DNA from: an uncultured virus (IMG/VR IMGVR_UViG_3300025838_000029)
Lineage: Duplodnaviria; Heunggongvirae; Uroviricota; Caudoviricetes
Reading direction: 5' to 3' (one strand)
Virus record (IMG/VR): IMGVR_UViG_3300025838_000029
Location: 62,001-89,399 of that record
DNA: 27,399 nt
Positions 23,916 to 27,399 of the stretch are shown here, one piece after another. Within the stretch, counting starts at the first letter, position 1. Each line of letters starts with the position of its first letter. The notes beneath the pieces are model-generated. The model saw nothing but the letters and a program-made list of their open reading frames with translations. It was not told the origin of the DNA and ran no database searches. A program made the position numbers and the translations under genes.

Positions 23916-24637
23916 CGACACCAGATTTTCAGAGGCTTCACCAGCTTGCTCAGTTGGCAAGCCTCGTCTATCAGACAGATGCAAATGTCCTGGCTAAGGG
24001 CGCCGAGAACTTAGGGTTTGAGTTTGTCGGTCTGGTTGGGAATAAAGAATGCCAAGCAATGGTTCTCACTGAGTTTGGTGGGCAACTTATTGTAATCCGG
24101 GGAACTCAAGTGGAAGAGAATTTCTCTCCATGGGAGTTATGGGATGACGCCAACCCAAATCATACTGAGGTTGGTGGTGGTGCAAAGGTTCGGTCAGGGG
24201 CGTTTGATCCTCTGAAGGATCTATGGAAAGACATCTGGGATCTTGTAGATCCGAGTGAACCGCTTACCATCACAGGACACTCTCTTGGTGGTCAGAGGGC
24301 GGCGATATCAGCCTTCCTCGTTCCTAGGGGGGTTAAGTTATCGGTTGTTGCATTTGCCCCTCCGAAGGGAGGAAATAAGGAGTTCTGGACAGCGGCTTAT
24401 TCTGGTCGGACTCTTCCTGTTATCGTTGGTAGAAGCAATGACTTTGCCCTTAGTTGGGCCTCTCTTGATACCGTGACCTGTCAACCATGCCCGGTTCTTC
24501 ACCTTAAAGAAGACGGTGGGTGGGAGATGTTATCCTCCTGGCCGTTCCTCACTGCTTCGATTCCGGATCACGATGTTGATAAGTATGTTTCGGATCTTGA
24601 GTCCCTCCTCCCTAAGAAGGAAGCTCCCAAAGAATGA
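23912..24637 (+). CDS. Class 3 lipase (alpha/beta hydrolase)
   Basis: Motifs IVIRGT, V.SG.F, nucleophile elbow ITGHSLGG and FAPPKGGN. Candidate catalytic Asp (RSND) and His (DHDVDKY). Confidence 0.9.
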   Translation: MTTPDFQRLHQLAQLASLVYQTDANVLAKGAENLGFEFVGLVGNKECQAMVLTEFGGQLIVIRGTQVEENFSPWELWDDANPNHTEVGGGAKVRSGAFDPLKDLWKDIWDLVDPSEPLTITGHSLGGQRAAISAFLVPRGVKLSVVAFAPPKGGNKEFWTAAYSGRTLPVIVGRSNDFALSWASLDTVTCQPCPVLHLKEDGGWEMLSSWPFLTASIPDHDVDKYVSDLESLLPKKEAPKE

Positions 24638-24795
24638 GTGATTGGCAGAAGCAATGGGAAGCCGCTGTCGTCGCAAGTTGGGTTGCGGCTCAGATGGGAA
24701 TTGCTCTCTGGACTAAGACTTTGATTGGCTCTCTTGAACAGGAGAAGCCAAAATTAAAACTCGTAACGATGAATGGGAGACGGATTGATGACTGA
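24634..24795 (+). CDS. Small hypothetical protein, 53 aa (below the ORF-track cutoff)
   Basis: ATGA overlap with the lipase stop. MSDWQKQWEAAVVASWVAAQMGIALWTKTLIGSLEQEKPKLKLVTMNGRRIDD. Fills the gap exactly and overlaps the next start. Confidence 0.65.
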   Translation: MSDWQKQWEAAVVASWVAAQMGIALWTKTLIGSLEQEKPKLKLVTMNGRRIDD

Positions 24796-25279
24796 CCCTG
24801 CTAATGAACACCTACAGAAGCAAACCCTGACTATTCAGGTCTATGCTCCTGACCACCCAGATCGTACCACGACGCCGATTTTCAATCATACCAGGGACAA
24901 ACTGATTGCTAATAACCCGAACGCAAAGTGCTGGATCGACAATGAGCATTGTGACAAAGACAACCCGCTTGAATTGCACCATAGCGTCGTCGAGTGGTGT
25001 GACAGTACGGCTGTTGATTGGGCCAAAGTGGCTGTCCTTGTCCCTGAGTTCGACTGGAAATCTTTTGACCCGTCAAAACCAGAAACATTTATCGATTCCG
25101 AATGGAACGCTAACCTCGTCTTATGCAAGAAGCATCATGTCGGGGCTGACCACGGCATCCATATGATGCCATATCCGTTGTGGCGTTTGCAGAAGCTGAA
25201 GCTGGCGTCGTTTGTCTATTCGCCCGACGAAGAAGCCTTGGCAAACGCTGCCATTGGCGCTTTAAGCGCAGGATCATAA
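24788..25279 (+). CDS. HNH-like His/Cys-rich protein
   Basis: GGGAGA SD before ATG 24788. Pattern C.I...C....LELHH...N..LCKKHH....HGIH. Confidence 0.7.
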   Translation: MTDPANEHLQKQTLTIQVYAPDHPDRTTTPIFNHTRDKLIANNPNAKCWIDNEHCDKDNPLELHHSVVEWCDSTAVDWAKVAVLVPEFDWKSFDPSKPETFIDSEWNANLVLCKKHHVGADHGIHMMPYPLWRLQKLKLASFVYSPDEEALANAAIGALSAGS

Positions 25280-25566
25280 CCCACCGTTTGTATCTCAGGA
25301 ATTGCCACCCATGGGCGCGAAAGAGTTGTTTCTTCAGACCAATCGGCCGGCACAACCATCATTTCTTCGCCATAACGCTGGTGGCAAATGGCTTTGATGA
25401 TGTTCGGCAAATCGTCGAAAATGGTGTGAATGTTCGGGTGCGCAACATTGATTTCAGGAAACTGAGGGCTAGTGACCACGAAAAGACCGTCATCCTCATG
25501 GATTTCGATATTAATGACGATCACCCCGTGACGCGGACGTGTCTTTTTCGAGATGATTTTGGTCAT
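25216..25566 (-). CDS. HicB/DUF1902-like antitoxin-fold protein
   Basis: AGGAGA SD before ATG 25566. INIEIHEDDGLFVVTSPQFPEINVAHPNIHTIFDDLPNIIKAI fits the HicB N-terminal beta-beta-beta-alpha fold. Confidence 0.65.
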   Translation of the reverse strand: MTKIISKKTRPRHGVIVINIEIHEDDGLFVVTSPQFPEINVAHPNIHTIFDDLPNIIKAICHQRYGEEMMVVPADWSEETTLSRPWVAIPEIQTVGYDPALKAPMAAFAKASSSGE

Positions 25567-25758
25567 GTCTTCTCCTAAAGTCATTTGACGGACAGATTCC
25601 ACCCGTCAATTCCACGCGCCTTTTTGGCGTCCTTTGGACAATTATTGGCGCTAATAGCGCGTTTCAAGGCTCAGTATGGCATGTTTTTACGGTCGAAAGG
25701 TTAATTGGCCGCAATTTTTTCCGACAGCCAGCTATATAGGCCAACTAAAGGGGGCTCG

Positions 25759-26064
25759 TCAATTCGGCTGTGAATCGTGTGGGTCGTTTACTGGCTCGTC
25801 CTTAGGTGGGGGGAATTTTACCCAAGGGGAATCAAGCCCAAGTCGCCTGTCAAGTCTTGATATGGTCGTCGGAACCATAAATTCATTCTGATCAGTGGCA
25901 TCAATTACCCAACGCTGGCCATCCGGAGAAACAATACGGGTGACCGCTACCGGGCGCCCTTCGCCATCATCAACAATGCCGCTGTTTACTTGGCAGCCGA
26001 TATTTGACGCCCATTCCAAATATTGCCCAAAACGTGGATGACCACCAAAAGGAAAAGCGGTCAT
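25759..26064 (-). CDS. Small protein, possibly divergent HicA-like (dsRBD fold)
   Basis: Alpha-beta-beta-beta-alpha pattern ending EFMVPTTISRLDRRLGL. Starts 9 nt downstream of a HicB-like gene. No GSH motif. Confidence 0.5.
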   Translation of the reverse strand: MTAFPFGGHPRFGQYLEWASNIGCQVNSGIVDDGEGRPVAVTRIVSPDGQRWVIDATDQNEFMVPTTISRLDRRLGLDSPWVKFPPPKDEPVNDPHDSQPN

Positions 26065-26073
26065 GCCAAAACC

Positions 26074-26379
26074 CTAAGCGCAGAGAGCGTATTGAATATT
26101 GACGGGCGGTTTCGGAACTCCGGGCGCCACACCATCTTGGGTAAGAAAGCCGGCATGTTTAGACCACAGCCTCTCGAAATAGGATGGTGCCTCAGGGATG
26201 CCTTTAAACGGTTCCCCATGCCGATTCATGCTTTCTCGCAGTTCAGCACTCACAACAGCTGTCAACCGTCCACGCAGAGTGTCGAGGTCGGCAGCCTGTG
26301 CGCCAATATCATATTCTAGGCATTGAGCAACCCAAAGATCGCCCTCCCGGAATACAACAACGCGGATCAGATCAGCCAT
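26074..26379 (-). CDS. HicB-like antitoxin-fold protein
   Basis: IRVVVFREGDLWVAQCLEYDIGAQAADLDTL...APSYFERLW is a HicB/UPF0150-type pattern. AGGGTG precedes ATG 26379. Confidence 0.75.
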   Translation of the reverse strand: MADLIRVVVFREGDLWVAQCLEYDIGAQAADLDTLRGRLTAVVSAELRESMNRHGEPFKGIPEAPSYFERLWSKHAGFLTQDGVAPGVPKPPVNIQYALCA

Positions 26380-26473
26380 TAGATACACCCTAAATATGGT
26401 TCAGTTACGCATCATAAATGCATATCAATTAACCAATGGTCAATACACTTAGATAACGTCCTGGCTGGCGGAA

Positions 26474-27283
26474 ATGATGTATCCCCAGGGGTTGGGCGCC
26501 ACCATCACTTTGCAGTTCTGTTCATTCAACAGCTTCTGGGGGCGCGTTATCCCCTGGTTCACCCAGGCGCCTGATGGTGTTGGGCATGTGGACATCGTCA
26601 CTGACGATGGCGATCTGCTGGGCGCGCAGCATGAGGCTATGGGCGGTTGCAAGCCGGGAGTCTGGATACGTCCAGCGTCCTACGTCAAAGAGAGCGGTGG
26701 GAAACGGATTATCAGAGCCACCTTCGGCGTAACGTCAAAGCAAAAGCAGCGTTTCTGGGACTTTGCCAGCATGCAGATCGGCAAACCTTACGACGTAACG
26801 TCGATCAAAGGGTTTATGGCCGGTCGCAACTGGCGTGACGATAAGGCTTGGTTCTGCTCGGAATTGGCCGCAGCGGCGCTTGAAGCTGCTGTTGTCTTCA
26901 AAGAGTCGTTGGCATCGCCCGTCCTCAAGCGTCTCATGCTGGATGATTACTTGGTGCGGAAATCCGTACTTGTCCTGACCAGCAAAAGCTATGTCGTAAG
27001 CCCAATTAACTACACGCGACAGCTTTACCAGTTGTTCATCGGTGGTAAGAGGGACGCCATTCATTTCAATCATTTTTCACCTCCCGGCGCAGCGGCCAGC
27101 ACATTCTCCCACGTCAAATCCGGGCCGTATGCGCGGTCTATCATTTCGCACATCACTTCACACATGGCTGGCGTCATCTCCACCGGCACCCACCGCCAAC
27201 CAGCGGCGGCGAGGCGTTGCAGTATCGCTTCGGATGCGGCTTCTGTTCCTGTAAGCGCAGGCCACTCGGTCGATATCTCATAA
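26474..27283 (+). CDS. Permuted papain-like NlpC/P60 (YiiX/YebB-like) enzyme; the region beyond ~26920 is probably read-through
   Basis: His-before-Cys order: GHVDIV...GV..RP...QIGKPYD...WFCSELAAAALE. The last ~120 codons are antisense to two minus-strand ORFs. Confidence 0.8.
   Translation: MMYPQGLGATITLQFCSFNSFWGRVIPWFTQAPDGVGHVDIVTDDGDLLGAQHEAMGGCKPGVWIRPASYVKESGGKRIIRATFGVTSKQKQRFWDFASMQIGKPYDVTSIKGFMAGRNWRDDKAWFCSELAAAALEAAVVFKESLASPVLKRLMLDDYLVRKSVLVLTSKSYVVSPINYTRQLYQLFIGGKRDAIHFNHFSPPGAAASTFSHVKSGPYARSIISHITSHMAGVISTGTHRQPAAARRCSIASDAASVPVSAGHSVDIS
26735..27073 (-). CDS. Hypothetical protein, probably genuine only for the first ~50 codons (truncated or fused)
   Basis: ATGA coupling with the stop of 27070-27309. 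The N-terminus looks protein-like; the remainder is antisense to the NlpC/P60 catalytic region. Confidence 0.4.
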   Translation of the reverse strand: MIEMNGVPLTTDEQLVKLSRVVNWAYDIAFAGQDKYGFPHQVIIQHETLEDGRCQRLFEDNSSFKRRCGQFRAEPSLIVTPVATGHKPFDRRYVVRFADLHAGKVPETLLLL

Positions 27284-27309
27284 GCCAGCGCGGCGGCGGG
27301 GTTAGTCAT
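27070..27309 (-). CDS. Small phage protein with VP.E.T..M...W...LAAAP motif (Eaa/DUF551-associated type)
   Basis: GGAG SD. GWRWVPVEMTPAM...TWENVLAAAPGGEK. Confidence 0.75.
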   Translation of the reverse strand: MTNPAAALAYEISTEWPALTGTEAASEAILQRLAAAGWRWVPVEMTPAMCEVMCEMIDRAYGPDLTWENVLAAAPGGEK

Positions 27310-27399
27310 CTTGTGAACTCCGTAAATATATTGGCGGGGCTATCGTCATGTTGGCCGCGTCAACTGCCACTTTGTAAGCCTCGGTAGCCCCAGCTTTGT
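27302..27399 (-). CDS. 3' end of a gene entering from outside the window
   Basis: Open frame ...KAGATEAYKVAVDAANMTIAPPIYLRSSQDD*, with its stop overlapping the start of the next gene. Confidence 0.4.
   Translation of the reverse strand, partial: KAGATEAYKVAVDAANMTIAPPIYLRSSQDD

Noticed and set aside
25180..26319. + strand ORFs 25180-25578, 25676-25891 and 26023-26319
   Set aside because: Antisense to the better-supported HicB/HicA-like genes, with no motifs.
26389..26450. Sigma70 promoter for the minus-strand island in the AT-rich gap
   Set aside because: TTGACC, TTGATA and TATGAT hexamers are present but not at 16-18-nt spacing, so no specific promoter can be called.
1..27399. CRISPR array, tRNA/rRNA, integrase/att site, intron or intein, diversity-generating retroelement
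   Set aside because: By eye I found no regularly spaced nucleotide repeats, RNA-gene signatures, recombinase, reverse transcriptase or intein splice motifs. A covariance-model scan would be needed to exclude small RNAs.

Overview
This window is a segment of a tailed dsDNA phage or prophage, probably podovirus-like: there is no tape measure, and it has a P22-gp10-like tail gene and Gly/Ala/Gln-rich ejection proteins. On the + strand it runs: three accessory genes (one a periplasmic substrate-binding protein); a tail/DNA-stabilisation gene; four putative ejection proteins; a giant ~3920-aa DarB-like polyvalent protein; and a lysis region (holin-like genes, T4-type lysozyme, lipoprotein, class-3 lipase, HNH-like protein). 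The giant protein contains an SF2 helicase, an N6-adenine MTase, a second MTase module resembling the phosphorothioation-associated family, and a JAB/MPN domain. The lysis region is interrupted by a tnpB-only IS200/IS605 element whose ends and TCAT target can be read from the sequence. A minus-strand HicB/HicA-like island, a permuted NlpC/P60 gene and convergent small phage genes end the window. The most striking observations are four. (1) Small +1-frame genes with their own Shine-Dalgarno sites appear overprinted in linkers of the giant gene, one directly after the JAB domain. (2) A thrice-repeated SGD[LV]R motif brackets the enzyme cassettes. (3) The tnpB element sits between a gene's RBS and its ATG, and carries a full-length antisense frame ending in an ATGA overlap with that gene. 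(4) The ejection proteins share a GAL[SN] C-terminal motif. All family assignments come from motif recognition by eye; no searches were run.
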